29,978 nt of DNA from a virus (taxonomy: Duplodnaviria; Caudoviricetes). Below are positions 17,063-25,798 of the stretch, piece by piece. Numbering within the stretch: the first letter of the stretch is position 1; each line of letters opens with the position of its first letter. The position numbers and the translations under genes are program-made. The stretch lies in the IMG/VR virus record IMGVR_UViG_3300025782_000049, positions 1-29,978 of that record. One strand, written 5' to 3'. The notes beneath the pieces are model-generated. The model was not told where the DNA came from. It ran no database searches and saw nothing but the letters and a program-made list of their open reading frames with translations.

Positions 17063-20000
17063 TGGGTGGCGTAGTACAAGCAATCTCTGGAGTAGCATCC
17101 GATATAGGTAACGCTGTAACTGGCGGTATTGAAAGTATTGGTAATACAGTTAGCGAGGTTGGTAACGCTATTGGAAGTGCTGTTCAATCTATTGGTAACG
17201 CAATTAAACCGGTTGTTCAAAAGATTGAAAGCGACCCAATTGGTACGATTGCGCAAGTTGCTGCAGTAGCCACTGGCCAAGTATGGGCCTTACCAATTAT
17301 ATCAGCAGCGGATACTATTGCGCACGGCGGTAACTTGACCCAAGCGGTTGAGAGTGCTGGAATGTCTTATGTTGGTGGTCAAATTGCTGCCGGAGTATCG
17401 GACGCATTATTAGCGCCAGCAAGTGATAGTTTGTCTAGCATGATGGCGAATGATGCCTCTAACATGGCAGCACAAGGAATACCCGCTGATCAGATTGCCA
17501 ATACACTACAACAAACTTATAGTAATGAGTTGGCTAATTTACCGTCAAGTATTTCGCCAACCGATTTTACAAATAGTTTAGCTAATGCCGCAGCAAATGG
17601 TGTAGCACCAAATACGTTGGCTACAGCTTTTGCTGGAGCGTTTGGTGATAATTTAGATGGCGTATTAAATAGCACCACACAACAAATTTTAGCTGGAGCC
17701 GCAGGAAACTCAGTTGGTGCCGCTGCAAAAAGTTTAGCGTTAACTGGCAATATTGATAACGCATTAATCTCTGGTTTAGCCGCAGGCGTAGGTACTACGG
17801 TTGGTGGCGCAGTTAACGTTGGTGCACAAGATCTTGGCGCAGGATCAACTATATCCGCAATTACAGGAAAGATTGCTGGGGCTACAGCAGCGTCTGCTGT
17901 GGCTGGCAAAAACGTTGGCGCTTCATTTGTTAATAGTTTAATTAATACCAGTTTAAACCAAATTGGATCAACATTAAAAAACACTGATGTTGCACAAGGT
18001 ATATCCCAATATTTATCGAGCACTGGTAGTAATATTGCGTCTCAAATTAACCAGGCTATTAACGGGATTAATAGCCAACAAACACAACAACAAAATTATT
18101 ATACCAATACTGTTCAGCCTGCTTATCAATCTGCGCAGACTTCGTATAATAATTTGATCAGTGCTAATGATGCTTACACAACAGCATACAATAGCTATAA
18201 TTCTGATTATAATAAATACACTGATTTAGTCAGCCAATATAATACTGCTAAAGCAGCTAATGATGTAACAACTGCAAATAGTTTAGCAGATCAAATTAAT
18301 ACCCTGGCCACAAGTTTAAATAGCCAGGAGAGTAATTTAAGTACTTTGCAAGTAGCTGCCCAAACAGCTGGTGATACATATAACACAAATTATCAAGCAT
18401 ACCAAAATATAACTACAAACTATACTGGTCAAACACAGGCTATTGCAGATGCAAATAACCAGTTAGATGCTACTGCAAAACAAGTGCAGACACAGATTAG
18501 CGACTACACTACAAAAGTGCAAGACGCGGTACAACAATCTAGCACAATGTCGACAGCGGCACAACAAGGCTTTAACAGTGATTTTAAGACAAACGGTGAT
18601 CCAACTAACTCATTACAGTTAGCTACTACCGTTAATGCGTTACCAACAAATCAGCAAGACTATTTTAGCTTTGCTAATCAGATGGGATTGTCAGCCACTG
18701 ACTCATTGACATACGCACCACAGCTTGCGACAATGAGCACGACGGCTGTTCAAACCTTCTTTGATCAGGTTAACAACAGTAATGTTGCCCCAGCTGATGC
18801 GTTTAAAGTGGCAAACCAGGTTAATAGTTTAACGGATGCTCAGCAGGCAGCATTAAATAATGCTACTTCACAAGGCTTATCAATAAGTCAGGCACTGACA
18901 ATAGCAAATAGTCCTGTAGCTAACCTTGGTGTTAACGCACAAAATATGTATATTCAGGCAACACAAAATGGTAGTATACCATCTGAATTAGCACAAGCAA
19001 TAACAGCAACAGAACAGATTGTTGATCCTGGCGCAGCAGCAACGAACATTAACGCTGCGGCACAAAGTCAATTAACTACACCAGAACAAATTGCCGCATA
19101 CAATGCGTTATTGGCAAAAGATCCAACAATGACGCCAACTGATGCGGTTAAGATGGTGTTGGATGCAGTAATTCCAAGCGCACAGGCAGATACCTTGCCC
19201 GCCACGCAACAGACGGTTCCTGGTGTTTATCATCAAGACCCAACAACTGGTAAGTGGGGAATTTACGTAAAAGACCCAACAAGTGGTCAGTTGACAAACA
19301 CTGGTATTGTATTAGCTTCTGCCGGTGCGGATGCAACATCTAAATATGTTGAAGGTGCACCATCTGGCGATCAATTCCCAGTAACTAAGAATACAGATGG
19401 AACACCGAATCTTTCGATGATCCCGATATCTACAACGACACCAGATACAACAGCACAGACTCAGACTACTAAAGCACAGCTTGATTCTGAGTTGGCTAGT
19501 GGACAAATTACTCAGGGTGAGTATAATGATGCAATTAAAAACATTGCTACCACAACGACACCAAGTGTTGTTACAGATCCGTACCAGCAATTAATTGATA
19601 ACTTATTTACTAGTAAGTCAACTGGAACGGGTACAGGCACAACAGCAACCGCAACAACACCTGGCGGAACAGGAACCGGTACGGCAACAGTGCCCGGTGG
19701 TGCAAGTGGTAACGGTGCCGGTACAGGCACAATAGCGGGAACGGGTGCAGGAGCCGGAACAATCTCTGGAACAGGAACCGGCGCCGGTGGAACTGCAATT
19801 GGAACTGGTGGCGGCGGTGGTACAGGAACAGTTACAACAAGCGGTGGAACTGGTTTATCATACGGATCACCATCCACAGCTCAAACTAACCCAGGTATAA
19901 CAAACTTAGTAGGAACATTTGCACCAACCAAAGATGCCTCATTAATTGGATTAGAACAAAATCAAAATATGACAACTCCATCAGCTTCTTACAACCCATA

Positions 20001-20658
20001 CTTTGCCGGTTTAGCTACCGGTGGATCTACATCCAATTTATCATCTAATTCAATCACTGGCGTTGGTGATACCAGTAATCAACTCACTGGTTTGACACCA
20101 TCCTTAAGAGCGGTTCAACAGGCTGCTTTACTAGGTATACCAACACTATCCGCATTAGCATCCCCAGAATATGGCACACAAATTCAATCTGTTGAAGAGG
20201 CGCCCCCAGTAATCCATCTGGCAACTGGTGGTGGTTTAAGTTATGCGCCAGTGTTTGGTCATGGTCGTCCTACAGCGCTTTTAGGCACACCAAAAAATGA
20301 AGCATTTGGTGATATGACTGGTCGATTGATTGGCGCCCATGCCGCTGGTGGTGAGATTGATGACCATGTACCAGAGTTTCATAGTGAAGGTGGTTTGCAG
20401 CATCGTTATGTTCAAGGCGCTGGCGATGGTACCAGCGACTCTGTAAAAGCCATGTTGGCTAATGGTGAGTTTGTTATTCCAGCTGATGTAGTATCTGATT
20501 TAGGTAACGGAAGCAATCAATCTGGCGCTAAGGTGTTAGATAGCTTTTTATCAGTTATCCGCGCCCACAAACAAAAACACGACCCTAGTAAATTACCGCC
20601 AGATAGTAAAGGCCCCTTGGCTTACTTATTGGCAGCTAAGAAGAAAGCGAAAGTATAA
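17062..20658 (+). CDS. Large internal/ejection protein (1198 aa) with C-terminal AxGG / GDGTSDS / NGEFV module
   Basis: Gly/Ala-rich hydrophobic N-terminus, Q/N/A coiled coil, G/T low-complexity tract, LATGG x2 and HAAGG, then GAGDGTSDSVKAMLANGEFVIPAD. Confidence 0.7.
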   Translation: MGGVVQAISGVASDIGNAVTGGIESIGNTVSEVGNAIGSAVQSIGNAIKPVVQKIESDPIGTIAQVAAVATGQVWALPIISAADTIAHGGNLTQAVESAGMSYVGGQIAAGVSDALLAPASDSLSSMMANDASNMAAQGIPADQIANTLQQTYSNELANLPSSISPTDFTNSLANAAANGVAPNTLATAFAGAFGDNLDGVLNSTTQQILAGAAGNSVGAAAKSLALTGNIDNALISGLAAGVGTTVGGAVNVGAQDLGAGSTISAITGKIAGATAASAVAGKNVGASFVNSLINTSLNQIGSTLKNTDVAQGISQYLSSTGSNIASQINQAINGINSQQTQQQNYYTNTVQPAYQSAQTSYNNLISANDAYTTAYNSYNSDYNKYTDLVSQYNTAKAANDVTTANSLADQINTLATSLNSQESNLSTLQVAAQTAGDTYNTNYQAYQNITTNYTGQTQAIADANNQLDATAKQVQTQISDYTTKVQDAVQQSSTMSTAAQQGFNSDFKTNGDPTNSLQLATTVNALPTNQQDYFSFANQMGLSATDSLTYAPQLATMSTTAVQTFFDQVNNSNVAPADAFKVANQVNSLTDAQQAALNNATSQGLSISQALTIANSPVANLGVNAQNMYIQATQNGSIPSELAQAITATEQIVDPGAAATNINAAAQSQLTTPEQIAAYNALLAKDPTMTPTDAVKMVLDAVIPSAQADTLPATQQTVPGVYHQDPTTGKWGIYVKDPTSGQLTNTGIVLASAGADATSKYVEGAPSGDQFPVTKNTDGTPNLSMIPISTTTPDTTAQTQTTKAQLDSELASGQITQGEYNDAIKNIATTTTPSVVTDPYQQLIDNLFTSKSTGTGTGTTATATTPGGTGTGTATVPGGASGNGAGTGTIAGTGAGAGTISGTGTGAGGTAIGTGGGGGTGTVTTSGGTGLSYGSPSTAQTNPGITNLVGTFAPTKDASLIGLEQNQNMTTPSASYNPYFAGLATGGSTSNLSSNSITGVGDTSNQLTGLTPSLRAVQQAALLGIPTLSALASPEYGTQIQSVEEAPPVIHLATGGGLSYAPVFGHGRPTALLGTPKNEAFGDMTGRLIGAHAAGGEIDDHVPEFHSEGGLQHRYVQGAGDGTSDSVKAMLANGEFVIPADVVSDLGNGSNQSGAKVLDSFLSVIRAHKQKHDPSKLPPDSKGPLAYLLAAKKKAKV
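19621..19860 (+). repeat. Gly/Thr low-complexity tract
   Basis: TGTGTGTTATATTPGGTGTGT...GGGGGTG. Confidence 0.8.
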
Positions 20659-21704
20659 TGGCAACTGGATTAAGTAGTCTAATCTCCAATACAGGAGTCC
20701 AAACAACCACAATGCCGAGCTGGTTTGATACAGCTCAGCAAAACGTTGTCAGTCAAGCACAATCTGCTAATGCTGCAGCCCCAACTCCACAAAGTACTGT
20801 TGCGCAAAATGCGGTCAATACTTTATCCGGCGCAACTAACCCATTTACACAAGCTGGTGGCACACTACAAAATATCGCTAGTGGCGCTGCAAGTCCTTGG
20901 AACGTTAGCCCAACTGGTCAGGTAACACCAAACGTTAATACCGCTTTGGGTGGTTTGTTCCAAGCCCAAAACCAGCAACTTCAACAATTAGCCCCAACTA
21001 TCCAGGCACAGCAAGAAGCACAAAATATTGGTTCTGGTAACTTTGGTAGCTTGCGCGGCCAGACTGCTGATGTGTCAGCATTGACAAACGCTCAGGCTCA
21101 GTTAGCATCACAACAAATGCAAGCCGCGCTACAAAACCAATCAGCCGGTGTAAACGCCGCTATTGGCGCTGGCAACGTAACACAACAAGACATCAACAAC
21201 CTATTGACTACCGGTCAATATCAACAAGCATCACCATACATTAACGCAGCTAACCTTGGCAACGTATTGTCAACCGTTCAACCTGGCGCCACAGTATCTA
21301 ACACAACTAACCTATCTCCACTAAACCAGGTAATGGGTTTAGCTACTGCCTTGGGCGGCACTGGTGTATCTACTGGCGGATTATTAAGTGGTTTGTTTGG
21401 TTCTGGAAGTGGTGGTAGCCCAACAATTACCAACCCAGTAACTGGTTTGCCAATGGCTAACCCTAACTATGTAGCCCCTGGATTATTTAGTAGCTTGTTT
21501 GGTTCTAGTTCCTCACAACCAGCTGCCACTTCTACCAATACTTCACCACTCGCTGCAGTAAGCACAGGTCAGGATACCAGTGGTCAATATAGCGGCTCTT
21601 CTAGCACGCCAACTTCTACTGGCGCAACCACTGCACAAGATATTCAACAAGCAGCAACTGATGCGGGTTACACTACGCCAATTGGTGGCGATACAGGATC
21701 TTAA
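20658..21704 (+). CDS. Ejection/DNA-transfer (pilot-type) protein (348 aa)
   Basis: Q/A/S/T/G-rich, almost no charged residues, GNFGSLR motif, Gly-rich hydrophobic segment. TAATG coupling. Confidence 0.6.
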   Translation: MATGLSSLISNTGVQTTTMPSWFDTAQQNVVSQAQSANAAAPTPQSTVAQNAVNTLSGATNPFTQAGGTLQNIASGAASPWNVSPTGQVTPNVNTALGGLFQAQNQQLQQLAPTIQAQQEAQNIGSGNFGSLRGQTADVSALTNAQAQLASQQMQAALQNQSAGVNAAIGAGNVTQQDINNLLTTGQYQQASPYINAANLGNVLSTVQPGATVSNTTNLSPLNQVMGLATALGGTGVSTGGLLSGLFGSGSGGSPTITNPVTGLPMANPNYVAPGLFSSLFGSSSSQPAATSTNTSPLAAVSTGQDTSGQYSGSSSTPTSTGATTAQDIQQAATDAGYTTPIGGDTGS

Positions 21705-21713
21705 GGATAAATA

Positions 21714-23558
21714 ATGGCTGAACAAGTACAATCCGGTTTAGACGCCGTAGAGTCTCCTAAAGAAGAAATTACCGCTGTTGGTGGTCTGGCAAAACCTATA
21801 GCAGCAAAAGGTCCTTATGCTCTTCCAGCCCCTCAAGGCTCTATTGGTTATGATCCTGCTCTCTTAGAAGAGATGCAAAAAATGATCACTATGCGTGAAG
21901 CGCAAAGAAATAGTTTTGGTGAGCGCATGAAAGATGCCATGGCCTGGTGGTCTGGTGGTGTCGCTGGTCCCGCAGAACCTTTAGCTGAGCGTGAGAAAAC
22001 AAAGCAACAACAAGATGCTGAATTGTTTGGCATGAAGGCGCAGCTTTCTCAGGCCAAGATTGGTCAAAAATTAAATGAGCTTACTCAGGCATCAATCTTT
22101 GGCTCACCAGTTACGGCAGCAACACAAAGTGGCACATTGCCTCCATCTCACGTTGCCGCTGGCGCACCAACAGAATCTTCTACATTGATTCAACAAGGTG
22201 GTATGCTTGGTCTAGTAAGAGATGCCGCATTAAGACAGAGCATCGCGGCCCAGGCTTTGCGTGATCCAGTTGGCGCACAAAAAGCTATCCAAACTTATTT
22301 GGAAAAGAACGCAACCGATACCGATATGATTAAAGACCTACGCTACATGGTAGCTAATGGTCTGATTGATCCTAAACTGGTACCAGCCGCAGCATTGACT
22401 AAGTTTGCTGGTGCCGCAGCATTTGTGCCACACGATGTTCGTGGTTCAACTGGAACAGTACAAAGCACGCCAATCGGCTCCGCTGGCTCTATGGTTGGTG
22501 GCGGTGGTGGTGCTCCAACTGCAGCACCCGCTGTTGTGCCCGCTAACAGAATTGCACCCGCAGGCACACCTCAAGTTGCTCCTGCTGCTACGGCTCCTGC
22601 TGTTACGGCTCCTGCTGTTACGGCTCCTGCTGCTAAGGCTCCTGCTACTACTCCTGCTGCAGGCGCTACTACTCCTGCTGCAGGCGCTACTACTCCTGCT
22701 GCCAGTGTCATTAAACCGCCAGCACAAGTTACTCCCCCATCCTCATTTAAACCCCCACTACAGACTGAGTCTCCTGTTGAAGCACAAATCCGCGCAGCTG
22801 GTTTAGATCCAACATCTAAAGAAGCAAATGAGATGCGTCAAAAAGCTGGTGAGACTTTAATTGCTGGACAAGGTAAACAATTAGAAAAGACTGGTGAAGA
22901 CGCAGGTGTTCGTTTGAATAAGATGCGTGATTTGTCAGAAAGAGGCATGAACACCATCCCAACAGCTCAGGCTGTTATTGATATTGCCGATAATCCAAAA
23001 TTAAGTAAGGTTATGGGTCTGGCTCATGGTACACAAACTGTACCAACCGCACTAACAACAGCCGGTGATTTTATCCCCGGCATTGGTGCAGAGAAGGTAG
23101 AGAAGGCACTCGTTGCTAATTATCTATCACCTGAAGAGCGTGTTGCTTACAAGACGGTACAGGGCGCATCACAAAAGCTGGGTATTGATTTTGCTGCTGA
23201 TGTATTCAAAGGCGCACGTATGGGTATCGGCCTAGAGAAAATGGCGATGGGTGCTAAGGGTGTCGGTACCGAAATGCCTGCTGAGGTCAATAAGCGTAAC
23301 GCAGCACTGATTCGTGATGCTGCACAATTTCAACAAGACAAATCAAAGATGTGGGAAAGCTGGGCTGATAGCCATGGTGGCAAGTTTGCCGATTTTAATC
23401 AGTTTGAATCCAGCCCAGAATACATTAAATTTAGAGATGATGCACAACAGCATTTTTTAAATACATACAAAGGAATTGTTAAGCCGCTGGGTGAAGAGGC
23501 TGGCGCACACCCAGCTGAGTCACTGGTTGAAAAATACAGAACTAAAAAGAGACAATAA
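21714..23558 (+). CDS. Ejection/internal virion protein (614 aa) with Pro/Ala linker
   Basis: RBS AAGGA. Helical N- and C-terminal domains separated by an APAxT tandem repeat. Confidence 0.6.
   Translation: MAEQVQSGLDAVESPKEEITAVGGLAKPIAAKGPYALPAPQGSIGYDPALLEEMQKMITMREAQRNSFGERMKDAMAWWSGGVAGPAEPLAEREKTKQQQDAELFGMKAQLSQAKIGQKLNELTQASIFGSPVTAATQSGTLPPSHVAAGAPTESSTLIQQGGMLGLVRDAALRQSIAAQALRDPVGAQKAIQTYLEKNATDTDMIKDLRYMVANGLIDPKLVPAAALTKFAGAAAFVPHDVRGSTGTVQSTPIGSAGSMVGGGGGAPTAAPAVVPANRIAPAGTPQVAPAATAPAVTAPAVTAPAAKAPATTPAAGATTPAAGATTPAASVIKPPAQVTPPSSFKPPLQTESPVEAQIRAAGLDPTSKEANEMRQKAGETLIAGQGKQLEKTGEDAGVRLNKMRDLSERGMNTIPTAQAVIDIADNPKLSKVMGLAHGTQTVPTALTTAGDFIPGIGAEKVEKALVANYLSPEERVAYKTVQGASQKLGIDFAADVFKGARMGIGLEKMAMGAKGVGTEMPAEVNKRNAALIRDAAQFQQDKSKMWESWADSHGGKFADFNQFESSPEYIKFRDDAQQHFLNTYKGIVKPLGEEAGAHPAESLVEKYRTKKRQ
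22578..22703 (+). repeat. In-frame tandem repeats: 4x 15 nt and about 2.9x 21 nt
   Basis: GCTCCTGCTG(C/T)TA(C/A)G x4 (22578-22637), then GCTACTACTCCTGCTGCAGGC x2 plus a partial copy (22644-22703). Confidence 0.9.
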
Positions 23559-23560
23559 GC

Positions 23561-25798
23561 ATGGATGAGAAATTACAAAATGCCTATGACGCGCTTCAGG
23601 CTGCTCATGATGCTGGCAATACCGCAGACGCTACTCAGATAGCGGACTACATTGATACGCTAAAAGCTCAACAATCTTCAGCCACGGCCCAAGCTGATCA
23701 ACCTCGTACCAGTGCCGTATTGCCGGCTTTGGGTGGTGGTTTAGGCGCGGTTACTGGTGCAGGTGTTGTCGGTGCATCTAAGGGTGTCGAACTTGTTCGC
23801 GCTCTTGACCGTTTTGGTGGCAATCAACAACAGACCACTGGCTACAATCCACGCGGTTCTAGCGTAGAAGAAAGCATACAAAACTGGCGCACCTACGCCG
23901 ATGCACAAAACGAAGCAGCTAAGTCTGTCCGTCGTGATACTGCACTTCAGAAAAAATACCCTGGATTCACCAGGCCAAATCTCCCACACCTACAACCTAC
24001 GGTTCCTACTGCTGCCGAAAATATATTTGGTCATGCTGCCAATATTGGCACAATGAAACCAATCACCGGTTTAACAGCGGGCGCTAACGCAATTGACTTA
24101 ATGCAACAAGTCAAAGCTGGTAACCCTATTCAATCTACTATCAGTGCTGCGGGCCTAGCCGGATCTGCTGCGCCATATATCAAAGCACTTCCTAAAAAAT
24201 ATCGTGGTGTTGGTGCCGCTGTATCTATGGCCGCTCCAGTGGTTAACCGCGCACTAGACCAGTTTACCAACCCACCAGAAGAACACGCTGATGGACACTT
24301 AGTAGGTAAAGCATTAAAACATGTACCTGGTGCCGCACTGATTGGTGGTTTAGCTTATCCAGATGTGGCAGAAGCGTATGAACAATTACATAAAGGTAAA
24401 ATCGGCGAGGGTGTCGCTGATTTATTGACAACGGCTGCAAGTTTTGCACCAAGTGGTGTATTAGGTGCGTTGATGATGGGACTTTCACCAAGTGAATTAG
24501 GTGATTCTACTTTATATAAAAACCCTGGTGAATATCACGAAGGTGATACTGATGTATTAAAAGGTTCATATTTGCCACCCCAACATTATGCACCCGGCGG
24601 ATCTGTAGCTAAAAAAGCCGCACGCATGGCTTTAGATATTGGCAATGCGCCTGATGTATCTAAAACACTATCACAGATTATGCTAAAACCAAAAGCTGAG
24701 ATGCCTTTATGGGAAAAGTTTGGATACGATCCTGCCAAGATAGCACAAGACTATCCACAGACTTTGCACCCAGTCTTAGCTACTGATGAAAAGACGGGTA
24801 AATTATATGCGCAATCTGTAAATTCTCCGGAGGCCTTGGCTGTACAAAAGGCAAGAAAAGCGGCCATGACTCAAATTAATAAAGGTAACTACGAGCCTTT
24901 CTTTGATGTAAGTCAACGCAAATATGTTGATCCTAGTCTTTATCCATTGCCAGAGCGTACACTTACAACTAATGTACCAAAAACCGAAAAGGCTATGGAG
25001 AAGCATCTAGCTGAGGCACAAAACCCAGAGGCATTACAGAAATGGCAAGAGGCGTTTGAAAAAGGTAGTCAAAGACCAGATGCAAAAGATTGGTATGCTA
25101 TGGGTCAGTTGCATGACGCATTTGTTAAAGAGTTAGGCCCAGAAGAAGGTGTGAAACAATTTAAGGCAAGGTTTGCTGATCCTATGGGTGCTACCACTGG
25201 CGGCGCTAATCCTACATCTAATTTAATGACTGCCGCGTATACTAATTTCTTAAAAGAAAAAGGTCTACCAATTCCAGAAAATACTTTTGAGGCACCATTT
25301 CCTATCGGTGGCAGATTTATGGAAGGTAATCTAAATGCAGCAAGAAAGCTACATGAGACCGGTACATTGAATCCGGCAGATACACCAAAACGTTATAATT
25401 TTTCATCAAACTTTTTAGGTCATCTTGATCGTCCTACACTTGACGAACAGATGATGAGCGCATATGGTAAGACTGCACCAGATAAAATTTCGTATGGCTT
25501 ATACGAAAATGAATTAAATAAATTGGCGGCACAAAACAATGTTAATCCAGTAAACTTTCAAGATGTTACATGGGCTGGTTTAAAAGATTATCCAGGTAAG
25601 CCTATGATGCAAGAAGTTAATGAAATGCTTGCAAGGACTAGTAAAATTACTGGTGAACCACAAGAGAATGTGTTAAAAGGATTTATTCGCGGTGATAAGC
25701 CTATGTATGGACTCGGTGCCATTGGTGCCGGTGAGGCAGTAAACCAAGATGATGCTCAGCCTAAGAAAAAAGGCGGCAAAATTAAGAAGAAGAAATAA
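23561..25798 (+). CDS. Modular internal protein (745 aa) with C-terminal HhH/glycosylase-like polyvalent-protein domain
   Basis: Segments are delimited by HADG, YAPGG and KKKGG. The C-terminal domain reads DWY...N...PK..NF..NF.G....TLD..M...Y...E....A......FQ...W. Confidence 0.55.
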   Translation: MDEKLQNAYDALQAAHDAGNTADATQIADYIDTLKAQQSSATAQADQPRTSAVLPALGGGLGAVTGAGVVGASKGVELVRALDRFGGNQQQTTGYNPRGSSVEESIQNWRTYADAQNEAAKSVRRDTALQKKYPGFTRPNLPHLQPTVPTAAENIFGHAANIGTMKPITGLTAGANAIDLMQQVKAGNPIQSTISAAGLAGSAAPYIKALPKKYRGVGAAVSMAAPVVNRALDQFTNPPEEHADGHLVGKALKHVPGAALIGGLAYPDVAEAYEQLHKGKIGEGVADLLTTAASFAPSGVLGALMMGLSPSELGDSTLYKNPGEYHEGDTDVLKGSYLPPQHYAPGGSVAKKAARMALDIGNAPDVSKTLSQIMLKPKAEMPLWEKFGYDPAKIAQDYPQTLHPVLATDEKTGKLYAQSVNSPEALAVQKARKAAMTQINKGNYEPFFDVSQRKYVDPSLYPLPERTLTTNVPKTEKAMEKHLAEAQNPEALQKWQEAFEKGSQRPDAKDWYAMGQLHDAFVKELGPEEGVKQFKARFADPMGATTGGANPTSNLMTAAYTNFLKEKGLPIPENTFEAPFPIGGRFMEGNLNAARKLHETGTLNPADTPKRYNFSSNFLGHLDRPTLDEQMMSAYGKTAPDKISYGLYENELNKLAAQNNVNPVNFQDVTWAGLKDYPGKPMMQEVNEMLARTSKITGEPQENVLKGFIRGDKPMYGLGAIGAGEAVNQDDAQPKKKGGKIKKKK

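Noticed and set aside
17062-20658. Calling the 1198-aa protein a true tape measure protein
   Set aside because: No tail tube, sheath, baseplate or frameshifted chaperone genes were recognised. Synteny (adaptor, nozzle, ejection proteins) fits a short-tailed virion.
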